A stretch of 64,000 bases of DNA from Scyliorhinus canicula (taxonomy: Eukaryota). This document shows positions 12,296 through 23,549 of this stretch, piece after piece. Within the stretch, counting starts at the first letter, position 1. Each line of letters begins with the position of its first letter. The stretch covers positions 46,032,719 through 46,096,718 of the forward strand of contig NC_052160.1 of the NCBI RefSeq assembly GCF_902713615.1. Direction: 5' to 3'. Made by a program: the position numbers and the translations under genes. The notes below the pieces were generated by a model, which saw only the letters and a program-made list of their open reading frames with translations, ran no database searches and was not told the DNA's origin.

Positions 12296-13559
12296 TAAAA
12301 TGTATGTTGCATTTGACGCTCGTAGTTTCTAAATGTCTCTGGCTAGTTCTGCCATGCAAACTGGATGATGGTTTGTAGCCTAGAACTGTCAAATTGTACT
12401 GTTTTAAGATAGTTACAGTTTTTCTTATCCAATGGGTAGAGAAGAACAAAAGATAATTTGAGGGGTTCTTAAATTATTGAAGGATTTCTGTATAGTGAAT
12501 AAGAAAATACTATTTCTTCTGGTTGGGGAGTTGCTGATGAGGGGTTCTCAATGTAAAATATTCACCGAGAGTTTAATAGAAATTGAGCTTGAAACAGTGT
12601 CACAGGATGTTGTTGAGGCAGAGGCGTTTGCATCCTTTAATAGATGGTGGATAAATATTTGCAAATGGGTAAATGCAAGGCTATGGGGGAACACCAGGGC
12701 AGTAGGATTACATTTTGATTAAAAATCTCCAGCAAAGAGCGTGCACAAAGCATGAAGCTAGGTACCCTTTTGCTGCGTTAGAATTGTCGTTTCAAATCAA
12801 TCTCCATTTATATTAATATTTGGAACTCTTGTGTGAAAAAGTTCAAACGCAGAAATAAAAATGAAAAATGCTGGAAATATTCAGCAGGTCTGACAGCATT
12901 ATTGAAGAGAGAAATAGTTAACATTTCAGTGACTTTTCATCAGAACTTCAAATGCAACATTAGTTATCAGCAGGGCAAGTGGTTTGTTGCTTCAAACTTT
13001 TGGGAAATCTGTATTTTCACTGGCTTCATATTTTTCATGCAACAGATGTTAGTTGGGCAACAATTCATGCGGCATACAGTAGATCATAGGGTGTGGGATG
13101 GGGGCACTATCTATGTAGAGAGGGGGAATGGAAATGTTAAATGTTCACATTTAAAACCGGTTACCTGATAACATATGAAGCCTCTGTCATGTTAATCTTC
13201 ACAGTGGGCCTGCCTGCACCCCCTGGGCATGGTGGTCCTAGATCAAACGCCGCCCAATGCAGACCCTGTTCAGAGGATGGGTGTGAGTGCACTGTCAGCA
13301 GAAAGACAGGAGTCAGACTTTGGCACAAACTGAGGAGCACCAGAGCTAACCTCACACAGTGAGTGATCATCACACTCCTGCCTTGTATATTGACCTGCCA
13401 ACAGAGTCAGGGTGATTTTACACAGACGCTTTGAAAGTGGAAAAGGGTAGTGGTCAGGGATGGGTGGGGTCTGGTGGGGAGGAAGGAAGGGAATGGTGGG
13501 AAGGAGGGATTGGGAGAAGAATATGGACAAAGTCTCATCCTACGAGAATCGGGCGAGGA

Positions 13560-14480
13560 TGATCATGGCCTCACTGGTCCTCCAAGCACTGCCTATCCCC
13601 CCTCTTCCAGCATGTCGCCCTGCTGCTTTGCCAGGGTGTGGAGGGTCCAGCAGACCACCACAAAGCGGAAGTCCCTCTGCGGGGTGTATTGCAGTGCACC
13701 ACCACAGCGTTCCAGGCATCAGAACTACATTTTGAGCAGTCCAATGCGCTGCTCAATGACAGCGCAGGTGGCAACAAGGAAATGTGCACACGTGCATAAT
13801 CCAGAGGCAGTGGTCACACACGAGTTGAACATTCAGGGAGTGGAACCCCTTCCTGTTACTGAAGGGCACTCCCTGGTGTGCGCAAGGTGACATGTGTGCC
13901 ATCAATTCCCCCTTGGACCTGGCATATCCTGGTGATGACAGAGAGTCCTGCAGCCCGGGTATCTTGGTGGGCCTGGACCATCTCAAAGTTGATTTGGTCT
14001 GATGCCCCGGCATACAGGGCACCCTTGACCTCATGGATGCACTTGTGGGCTGTAGCTTGGGTAACGCCACAGAACTCCTCACTCAAGCCCTGGAATGAAC
14101 CGGTTGCATAGAAGTTCAGGGCTACGGTGACCTTCATGGCCACTGGGAGCAGGTGTCCTCCTCCTCCACGGTGCCACACTGTCTATTTTGTGAGATGGAG
14201 TCTCCTGCGGCACATGCTGTCTGTCATCTCCTTGAAAGACCGATGATGTCTGTACACCCTGGGCTGTCGCTGACTTCCCCCTCTGGGTTCCTCCTTGGTC
14301 GGGTCTTCAGGGTTTGCAGTGGTCACCTGAATATCGGGTGCCACCTCCAGCCTGCACATCGCTGCTGCCGCCTTCTGCAGCGTCTGGCTGCCTGGGCTGC
14401 CACCAGGACCGTGAGAGACAGCCTCTGCGGGACCGAAAGTTATATTGTTATATCTGTAAGAATTGGAGGAGAGTGACTGA
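13560..14480 (-). pseudogene. Decayed PIF/Harbinger (HARBI1-like, DDE_Tnp_4) transposase
   Basis: Overlapping minus ORFs give VKVTVALNFYATGSFQ-like, VQGGIDGTHV and FSNRKGFHSLNVQLVCDH, all Harbinger nuclease motifs, broken by frameshifts. A matching TIR-like end AATCGCACCC sits at 16819-16828. Confidence 0.88.
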
Positions 14481-15944
14481 TGATCATTAGGGTTTCCACC
14501 CCGGGACCCACAAATCCCTCAAGTCTCCCCCACCCTTGCATGTCCCGCCTTCTGTCAGAGTGCCATCCACCGAGCCAGTTGTGCTACAACACCTTGCTCT
14601 ACACCCCCGGCTACAACAGGAGCCCCTCGACCCCAGACCCCTGCCAGGAACATTAGGGAGATTGTGCTTAGGCGCCCTTCCCTGATCTACACACTAACCC
14701 TATAGTCGCAAGGATCTTCCCAGTGCTGAAGCCCAGCTCTTCAGTGGTTGATTGTTGGCTGCTGCCTCTATGGTGCTGACGCTTCTAGAGTTCAGGCTTC
14801 AAAGTTTGATTAGAGTGCATTGCAATGCAATAATCACTATCTGAGACATACGAGAAGCCACATGAGTAATATTTTATTGACAAAAATGGTCAACATAACA
14901 AAGATTTGAAAATCTTTCACATTTCACACTAACCATTAATCACCAAGGACATGTCACTGTTCCATATTGATACCAATACAAAGCTATATCCAAACATGTG
15001 TAGGTTGGGTGGATTAGCCACGCTAAATTACTCCTTGGTATCCAAAAGGTTAGGTGGGGCTATGGGGATAGGGTGGAGGCCTGGGCTTAAGTCGGGTGCT
15101 CTTTCCAAGGGCCAGTGCAGGCTCGATGGGCCGAGTGGCCACCTTCTGCACTGTAGGGATTCTGTGATTCTATATCCGCTCATTTTCACAAAAAACAAAT
15201 ACATGATATCACCCCTTGCAGATTCCTCAACAGAAACAGAGGATAAGTCTGAGAAAGTACGATCATGCCCAGAACTTTGTTGTAGAAATGATCTGTCTAT
15301 CAATGTGTTACTTGTTCCACATGTCAGTGCCATTCTCCATCCAGGAGCCACAGCTGTGCAGGCCCTCCCACATAGCCCACTCCCATCAGAACCAAATCCA
15401 GGCATCCACATATTCCACTCGTGCTCTAGGTGCATTAAACATTATTGATTTCCAGGGTGTTTAACCTGCGGTGACATGCGAGTTACATGCCGCACTCGCC
15501 ACACCAGAAACAAAAACATCAGCAATCTGCAGCCACCAGCAGGAGCAAGCAGCAAACATAACCTGCAACTGTGAAGTGCTCTCACAACTAATGAGGCCAA
15601 TTCCTCATCAGCAATAGCCTTCAGCTGTGAAGCTAGTGGCTGCTAACAGTCAAAGGGAGTTGAAGTGGCCTTCAGCATAGAACCATGAGACATGAAAGCA
15701 GAATTAGGCCACTCAGCCCATCGAGTCTGCTCTGCCATTCAATCATGGCTGATATTTTTGCATCCCCATTCTCCAGTCTTCTCCCCATAACCCCTGATCC
15801 CCTTATTACTCCAGAGCAGGTCTCTGTCCTGGAATTTTTTGGTAGGTCAGACAGGCAGCAACTGAAGTTGCTCTGTTTTGGGTACACACAATATTAAAAG
15901 ATGGCTTGAAAGCCTCATGAACGAAAAGCCCCCCGGACACTTAT

Positions 15945-16630
15945 TTTTTTTTTTTAAATAATTTTTATTGAGAAATTTTGATTTTATACAACAATAACGC
16001 ACCTTAGTAAAATACCGAAAATAACAATAATATTAACAATCATATACATTCGCCCCATCCCCATGAACAACCCAGCATTTTAACCACAACGCAAATTAAC
16101 ACACTATAAAGTTACAGAATAAATACTACAATAATGCACCCCCCCCCCCCCCCCCCCCGGGTTGCTGCTGCTACTGACCCAGTTACCTATCTCTGAGCCA
16201 GGAAGTCCAGAAAAGGCTGCCATCGTTTATAGAACCCTTGTATTGATCCTCTCAGGGCAAATTTGACCTTTTCCAATTTTATAAATCCCGCCATGTCACT
16301 GATCCAGGTCTCCACGCTTGGGGGCCTTGCATCCTTCCATTGTAACAGAATCCTTCGACGGGCTACTAGGGACGCAAAGGCCAGGACACCGGCCTCTTTC
16401 GCCTCCTGCACTCCCGGCTCCACCCCAACCCCAAAAATCGCGAGTCCCCACCCTGGTTTGACCCTGGATCCAACCACCCTCGACACCATCCCTGCCACCC
16501 CCTTCCAGAATTCTTCCAGTGCTGGGCATGCCCAGAACATATGGGCGTGGTTCGCAGGACTCCCCGAACATCTGGTGCACCTGTCCTCACCCCCGAAGAA
16601 CCTACTCATCCTAGTCCCGGACATATGGGC
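15945..16630 (-). mobile_element. 5'-truncated L1-clade LINE (ORF2 C-terminus, 3'UTR, poly(A))
   Basis: ORF 16187-16642 has the CxxC..HMFWxC zinc motif of L1 ORF2; poly(T) on + at 15945; 16-bp TSD CCCCCCGGACACTTAT at 15929-15944 and 16631-16646. Confidence 0.92.
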
Positions 16631-17984
16631 CCCCCCGGACACTTATAACAAGCACAGCATTAACCCTCATTTGCATATTTGGGTGTGATCCAGAACCCGC
16701 CATTAGGAGCAGGTTAGAGAGCAAACTGATTCGTGCCTGGCATGAATCTTGATTTTGACTGTTCCCACTATTTTAACCGGCGCGCCCCAGATTCACGCCA
16801 GGTGCAAGACGTTGGTTAAATCGCACCCTATGTTTCTCTGCATGATATAGAATCACAGAATCGTTACAGTGTGGAAGGAGACCATTTGGCCCCTCATGTC
16901 TGCAGCAGTCTCTCCGAAATAAGCTTTTGTGCCATTCTCTTACTTTTACTCTGTAAGCTTACACATTGTTTCTATTCAAATAATTATCTAATGCCATCTT
17001 GAATGCCCCGATTGAACCTGCCTCCACCACACTTCCAGGAAGTCCATTCCAGACCTGAACCATCACATTTGCTTCTTTTGTAAATCACTTTCATTCTTGC
17101 ATTCTTTAAGAATGGGACAATTTCTCTCTATCTGCTCTGTCCAGACCCCTCATGATTTTGAACATCTCTATATAAAATCTCCTCTATGCCTTCTCCAAGA
17201 AGAACAGTCCCAACCTCTCCAATCTATCCTTGTAACTGAAGTTGCTCATCCCTGGAACCAATTTTGTAAATCTCCTTTTGGGCTCTCTCCAATGCATTTG
17301 CATCCTTCCTATAGTGTGACACCTAGAACTGTACAGAACACTCCAATCTAACTGGTATCTGATACAAGTTCAGCATATCCTCCTTGCTCTTGTATTCCAC
17401 GCTCCTATTAATAAAACCTTGTACTGTATCTATCCAATTCAGATACTTTCGACCAGTTCACTTAAAGTTTTACTTGGGTGTCTTTTAATAGCGAGAACAA
17501 AGGACAAACACAAGTATAAATTCAACAATCTTTAGTAAACACACACTCAATTAATCCATAATATATAATACGGAGAAATACCTAAGATTCGGTTATACTA
17601 CCCGCAAAGGTGGCTTGATTGAACTGTAGATCCAATTCTTGAGTCCCTCTGGTACGTCCTCACAAAGGTGAGCCTCTGCCTGGAGTCTTCGCTGCTGATG
17701 TGCCTCGGGTGCCTGTTTTCATTCCCCCCCCCCCCCCCCCTCTCCCTTCCTTCGTGCCCTTTTGCCACTTCATCTGGCTTTCTGCCAATGATGCCTCGGG
17801 AGTGGGACTCTGCACCCAATGGCCCGGTTGATGGCCGTTTGACAGGACACCCCAAGGTGTCCTATCTCTGGTGCTGTGGCCTGCACATAGCATGCTCCTA
17901 ACAGCAGAAACCCTGGGTGACCGAGAGTCTCTCTCGATCTGGGCTACTGACAATAGACCGGTGCATATTAATAGGGTTCAATGA

Positions 17985-18974
17985 CATGGAGCCCACTTAA
18001 CAAGAACTTGTATGAGTAGGTTCTTCCCAGAGGTGGGGGATAGATGTGAGTGAAGGGTGCCAAGAAGGCCTAGCCAACTACGCCCACATATTCTGGTCTT
18101 GCCCCAGACTTGTGGGGTACTGGACAGCCTTCTTCGAGGCAATGTCCAAAGTTGTGGGGATGAGGGTGGAGCCATGCCCGAAAGTGGCGGTCTTCGGGGT
18201 ATCAGACCAGCCAGATCTATTCCTGGGGAGCAGGACGGATGCCCTTGCCTTTGCCTCCCTGATTGCCCGTCGTAGAATCCTGTTCGGCTGGGGGTCAGCA
18301 GCACCACCCAACTGGCTGTCCGACCTCTCAGAATCTCTCCAAATGGAGAAAATCAAATTCGCTATCCGAGGGTCAGACCAGGGCTTCCACAGAACGTGGG
18401 AGCCATTCACTCAATTGTTCCAGGACCTGTTTGTGGCCAACAAACAAGCAGAAGAATAGCCAGGTAGCAAAGAATGAGGGGGAAGTAGCTGAGGCGGGGG
18501 AGGGAGGGGTAGACCGGAGGTGGGGGTAGGGGGGGGGGGGGAGAGAAGAGAGAAATGATAGCAGCTAAATCTAAGAGAAAAGAAAGGCAAACCACAAGAG
18601 AAGGGGGGCTGGGGAGGGGGTGGAAGAGGGAGGTGACAGGGAACAGTAGAGGGGAACCAGTGAGGTGGGGGAGATGGGGGGGGGGGGGGGGGGGGGAGGC
18701 AAGGGAATGACAGCCGGAAGGAGGGCACGGGAAACAGTAACAAACATGGCATCTACAGGAGCAGAGAACAAGGAAAATCCGGGCGAAAGACAGGATTAAT
18801 GGCTGAAGCGGAGGTGATTGCGAGACGACAACGGCAGCGAATACCGTCTAGGAGCAGCAAGCTACAACACCAACACCAGATCCATTTGCGTATTTCCCTC
18901 TGTAATTGTTCTGTATTTGTTTCCCTGGTGCCCAAATGTATATGTAGCTCCCCAGTTCCTCCTCTCCCCCCCCC

Positions 18975-19005
<31 letters not shown>

Positions 19006-19241
19006 ACACAGATGCCTACTTATGTGCCAAAAACAATACTGCCAGTTGTACAGAGCCGCTGTTGTTGAGTGAGCACATAATACCCTACCATTTATTTTAT
19101 TCTAACTTTTTTGTTGTTTTTGTGTTTTGTTTTTTGTGCGTGTTTCCTTCTCTTCTATGTATATAAACTATTGTATTTTGTGTACATAATGGTAAATATA
19201 CTTTATTCAAAAATAAAATAAAATAAATTTATTTTTTTAAA
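17985..19241 (+). mobile_element. 5'-truncated L1-clade LINE with long G/C-tract 3'UTR
   Basis: ORF 18046-18459 is an ORF2 C-terminus (HIFWSCP...W..F); AATAAA/A-rich end; 15-bp TSD AATAGGGT(T/A)CAATGA at 17970-17984 and 19242-19256. Confidence 0.9.
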
Positions 19242-19459
19242 AATAGGGTACAATGATCTCGTGATGGGTGATTGTAGGGTGTGTTCCAGACATGTTTCTG
19301 GCAATTGGTCTGCGTGTTGTGTATTTGACTTTAGTCAAGTCTGAATTCCCCACAGCCTGCCTGAGGTTTGACTGCAGTTTGATTTAAAGTTTGCAATTCT
19401 TTAATTTAAACTATCCAATTTAATCGGGCTCAAAACAAGGCCCTGACAGGTTACCACAG

Positions 19460-20380
19460 TGCCTCTTCTGGATCCACGTCCTTCTGGTAGTAGGCGGCCA
19501 GAATTTAACGTTATAAATAAGTGTAGCCTAACTAAGGCTCTATACAGCTGCAACATGACTTGCCAATTCTTATACTCGATGCCCTAGCCAATGAAGGCAA
19601 GCATGCCGTATGTCTTCTTGACTACCTTCTCCACATGTGTTGCTCCTTTCAGTGACCCATGGACCTGTACACCTAGATCTCTCTGACTTTCAATACTCTT
19701 GAGGGTTCTACCATTCACTGTATATTCCCTACCTGTATTAGACCTTCCAAAATGCATTACCTCACATTTGTCCGGATTAAACTCCATCTGCCACCTCTCC
19801 GCCCAAGTCTCCAGACAATCTAAATCCTGCTGTATCCTCTGACAGTCCTCATCGCTATCCGCAAATCCACCAACCTTTATGTTGTCTGCAAACTTACTAA
19901 TCAGACCAGTTACATTTTCCTCCAAATCATTTATATATACTACGAACAGCAACGGTCCCAGCACTGATCCCTGCGGAACACCACTAATCACAGCCCTCCA
20001 ATCAGAAAAGCACCCTTCCATTGCTACTCTCTACCTTCTATGACCTAGCCAGTTCTGTATCCATCTTGCCAGCTCACCTCTGATCCTGTGTGACTTCACC
20101 TTTTGTACCAGTCTACCATGAGGGACCTTGTCAAAGGCCTTACTGAAGTCCATATAGACAACATCCACTGCCCTACCTGCATCAATCATCTTTGTGACCT
20201 CTTCAAAAAACTCTATCAAGTTAGTGAGACATGACCTCCCCTTCACAACACCGTGCTTCCTCTCGTTAATATGCCCATTTGCTTCCAAATGGGAGTAGAT
20301 CCTGACTCGAAGAATTCTCTCCAGTAATTTCTCTACCACTGACGCAAGGCTCACTGGCCTGTAGTCCTCTGGATTATCCT
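19460..20380 (-). mobile_element. CR1 LINE reverse transcriptase fragment
   Basis: ORFs 19584-20021 and 20031-20354 contain YMDFSKAFDKVPH, GVPQGSVLGPLLF and KFADN. Confidence 0.93.
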
Positions 20381-21410
20381 TTTTTATATAAAAATGTTTT
20401 TATTCTCCATTTTCACATTTTCCTCCCAAATTTACACCCCACCCACAAACAGTAAACGGTAACAAATACAAAATCAATCTCCTTAACAATAACAACGATC
20501 CCATCCTTCCATCACCCGAAACAACGGCCTACCTGTGAAAATATGCATCCAATAAAACAAACCCTCCCACGGTGGAAACAAAAAACAAAGGGAAAAAAGG
20601 AGTCCGGACCCCCCCCCCCCCCCCCCCCCCCGCCACACACACGTTCAACGGCGTCCAACCTCTGAAAGAGTGCCGTACGTGATGCCCAAGTGTTGTAAAA
20701 CCGCCCCCCCCCCCCCCCCCCCAACTCCTCCCATCCACTGCCTCATGTAAAACTCCTTGGTTCCTTCCCCCCAACTTTCCACCCTAGCTAGACCACTCGG
20801 ACCCTGTTCTGCCAGGCTCCGATAGCCATAGCCCCTCCCCCCACCCCATCAGTTTAAACCGGCCAGTACGGAGGACCCGCCCGGGTTCCTTTCCCCTTGC
20901 CCGGCCCCAGGAAAGCCCAGAAATCCCCTTTTAGCGCGCACACACCCCGCATATCCACCTACACCCCAAAGAGCCCTCCCTTCGAGTGCAAGTCCCCCCA
21001 CTTCCCTTGCCCAAATATATACAACATTGGCTCCTTTAGCCCACACACCCGCACGCAGTGAAACAAAAAAGAAGAAAATACAGTCCTGAGGTTACATCGG
21101 CACATGGCCATTTCTCAATTTCTCAGTTCTGCCACAGTCCTTCTGCCTTCGTAAACTCCTCACTGCTTCCGCTGTTCCAAAATAAAAGTCTTTGAGCTTG
21201 TAGGTCACCTCAGCTTCGCTGGATATACAATGTTGCACTGCACCTTGCTAATGTTCAGTGCCCTCTTCACCCGGTTGAAAGCAGTCCGTCTCCTCGCCAG
21301 CTCCACCGTAAAGTCCTGGTATACACGTAAACCAGCTCCAGCCTCTGCACCACCCGCTTCTGCTTGGCCCAGGACAGGACCTTCTTCACACTGTACCTAC
21401 GGAAGCACAG
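20381..21410 (-). mobile_element. L1-derived element with ORF1 C-terminus followed directly by 3'UTR and A-tail (half-L1-like)
   Basis: Minus translation ...RVYQDFTVELARRRTAFNRVKRAL...VYPAKL..TYK..F.F with a stop near 21123, then about 740 nt of G-rich non-coding sequence, AATAAA and an A-rich end at 20381. Confidence 0.75.
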
Positions 21411-21419
21411 AGTCAGAGT

Positions 21420-21680
21420 CAATCACTCTCTGGCATTCGGCTCTTTTGTCAATGTTTGAACCAAGGCTGTAATGAGGTCAGAAGGTGAGTAACACTGGCG
21501 AAACCCAAACTGAGCATCCGTGAGCAGGCTATTGCTGAGTAAGTGCTGCTTGGTAGCACCGTTGATGACTCCTTGTATCACTTTGCTGGTAGAGCAGTAA
21601 TTGGCTGGGTTTGATTTGTCCTGTTTCTTGTGTACAGGACACACCTGGGCAATTTTCCACATTGCCGGGCAGATACCTCT
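21420..21680 (-). mobile_element. Fragment of a second CR1/L2-superclade LINE RT
   Basis: WKIAQVCPVHKKQDKSNPANY...QFGFRQ is the N-terminal region of a non-LTR RT. Confidence 0.8.
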
Positions 21681-21796
21681 TCAAAAAACACCATACATGT
21701 ACACATTATAAATAATTCAAATCGGGCAAAGACAGCAATAGACTTTGAGGTTCTTTTTTTGGAACATTGTGGGGAACTTGGTAACATAACCTAATT

Positions 21797-21877
21797 GAGG
21801 GGAGCAGAGCTAAAGGGAGATGTGAGGGGAGCAGAGCTAAAGGGAGATGTGAGGGGAGCAGAGCTAAAGGAAGATGT
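21797..21877. repeat. 3 x 27-bp tandem repeat GAGGGGAGCAGAGCTAAAGGGAGATGT
   Basis: Copies start at 21797, 21824 and 21851; one substitution in the third. Confidence 0.95.
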
Positions 21878-22108
21878 TGTGGGCAAAATGTGACATTGAT
21901 ATTGTAGTTCAGTTTCTGTACCTAGTTTTGTAAGGCTGAAATGTGAGGAATATCACTGCACACTGAAAGCTCCACAGTAACTAAACAAGCAGAAGAATTT
22001 GGATTTTTTAATTTGGTCGCATTTCCATGGGGCATGTTGGAGCCTTTAAAGCTAACAACTAATATGTAGCCATATAGCTTTTTCTGATTTCTCATCTCTC
22101 CTGGGCAG

Positions 22109-22157
22109 ATTTGAACGATGTAGATCAGGACGTGGAAATCAGGATGCAGAAGATGGA
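22109..22157 (+). CDS. TOM1L2: TOM1L2 exon, (R)FERCRSGRGNQDAEDG
   Basis: Pyrimidine tract plus gcAG at 22107-22108, GTaagt donor at 22158; 49 nt, phase 2/0, completing the split Arg codon of the previous exon. Confidence 0.93.
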
Positions 22158-22397
22158 GTAAGTATTGACTATGCATTTTTTAAACGCTTATATAGTTATC
22201 TACTGAATCATGGTTGTTGTGTAAACATCATATAATTTCTTCTTAGTCTGTTTGTGTTTCAGCAACCACAGGGAATTAATTTGAAAACATTCTTTTCTTG
22301 GATGTCTTCAATTCAATCTGAAAAATCTACGGCAGTTTTTGGCGACTGGAAGTTTTTAAAACATCACATTTTGTTCACTTCTGTCTTATTTCTTTAG

Positions 22398-22521
22398 GTA
22401 TTGAATGAAGTTACAGACACGGATAATCTGATAGACTTGGGCCCAGGTTCCCCTGCAGTTGTGAGCCCAATGGTTGGAAACATGACTGCTCCTTCTCTGT
22501 CCTCACAGCTCGCTGGGCTAG
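22398..22521 (+). CDS. TOM1L2: TOM1L2 exon, [41 protein letters not shown](D), containing the clathrin-box-like LIDL
   Basis: tcttttAG-type acceptor at 22396-22397, GTaaag donor at 22522; 124 nt, phase 0/1. [18 protein letters not shown] is TOM1L2-diagnostic. Confidence 0.96.
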
Positions 22522-22906
22522 GTAAAGAAGCTATTTCATTATCTTTCCAGATTATCTAACCTCAACAAGATTAACCAGAATGTTCTGATTCATGCTTGGA
22601 AACCAAGTAAATAAGTCATTAAAGTGTGATCACAATTGCCAAAGATAAAGAATTACTGTGAATTAATATTTGATATCTGATAGTGTCAGGATTGGTGACT
22701 CCTTATTTGGATTAACAAATAAACCTACTATGAGTTTATCATAATCTGACTGCATGACCTTTTTGATGCACGGTGGTGGGTGGTTGACATGTTGGATCTG
22801 ATTTCTGTTTTTTAAATAAATTTAGTGTACCCAATTCAATTTTTCCAATTAAGGGGCAATTTAGCATGACCAATCCACCTACCTTGCACATCTTTGAATC
22901 TTTGAA

Positions 22907-23032
22907 TCAATTGCGTGGTGAGCACCAGAGAGTGTCCCAAGAGCCTCTTCACTGATATGCCTGTTTCACCTCGGTTGGGCATATCAGTGAAGAGGCTCTT
23001 GGGACACACTCTGGTGCTCACCACGCAATTGA
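22907..23032. repeat. Inverted repeat with 55-bp arms (1 mismatch) and a 16-nt loop
   Basis: 22907-22961 is the reverse complement of 22978-23032. Confidence 0.95.
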
Positions 23033-23213
23033 CCCGGTACAACAGGTAGAGGTAGGAACACCCGAGGGGGCGGACGGTCGGAGGGCAGGCTGACCCGAGG
23101 AACTGGCTGCCTTCCAGGTGGGTCTCTAGCTTCTGGAATAGACAGTCCCATTCATAGTGGTGATGCAGTCGCAGAGCCAGGGACTACGAGGGGTTCTCGG
23201 CGAGCATCTAGCA

Positions 23214-23549
23214 TAGGGGTGGGCAAACTTTTCCGTGCAAGGGCCACATTCAGAAATTCACAATTTTAAAGGGCCGCATAGTATATTAAGTAAAATAATT
23301 ACTTCACCCGGTTATGATTCTGGGCGCCTCATATAGAACATAGAACAGTACAGCACAGAACAGGCCCTTCGGCCCTCGATGTTGTACTGAGCAATGATCA
23401 CCCTACTCAAGTCAACGTATCCACCCTATACCAGTAAGTAACCCAACAGCCCCCCCCCATTAACCTTTTATAAAAAAATTAATGACTTGACCTTGGTGGG
23501 CCGCATAAAGACCTTTGGCGGCCCGCGGGCCATAGTTTGCCCAATTCTG
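23214..23549. mobile_element. hAT (Charlie-type) MITE, itself carrying a CR1 3'-tail insertion
   Basis: TIRs TAGGGGTGGGCAAACT / AGTTTGCCCAATTCTG; 8-bp TSD ATCTAGCA at 23206-23213 and 23550-23557; CR1 tail (AGAACAT)n starts near 23333. Confidence 0.88.

Noticed and set aside
13560-14480. Host HARBI1 gene
   Set aside because: Frameshifted, intronic and associated with TIR-like ends; a transposon relic, not the domesticated gene.
17420-19458. Possible solo LTR (TGT...ACA) split by the L1 at 17985
   Set aside because: No matching TSD, PBS or PPT, and the flanks are different CR1 pieces; cannot be supported without a search.
21797-21877. CRISPR-like array (also considered for the 42-bp repeat at 62786)
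   Set aside because: Eukaryotic context, no unique spacers of CRISPR type and no cas genes.
22119-22121. FERCRSG versus mammalian FERYRSG (Y>C)
   Set aside because: A single substitution just after the GAT domain with no basis for a functional claim; could be lineage-specific or an allele.
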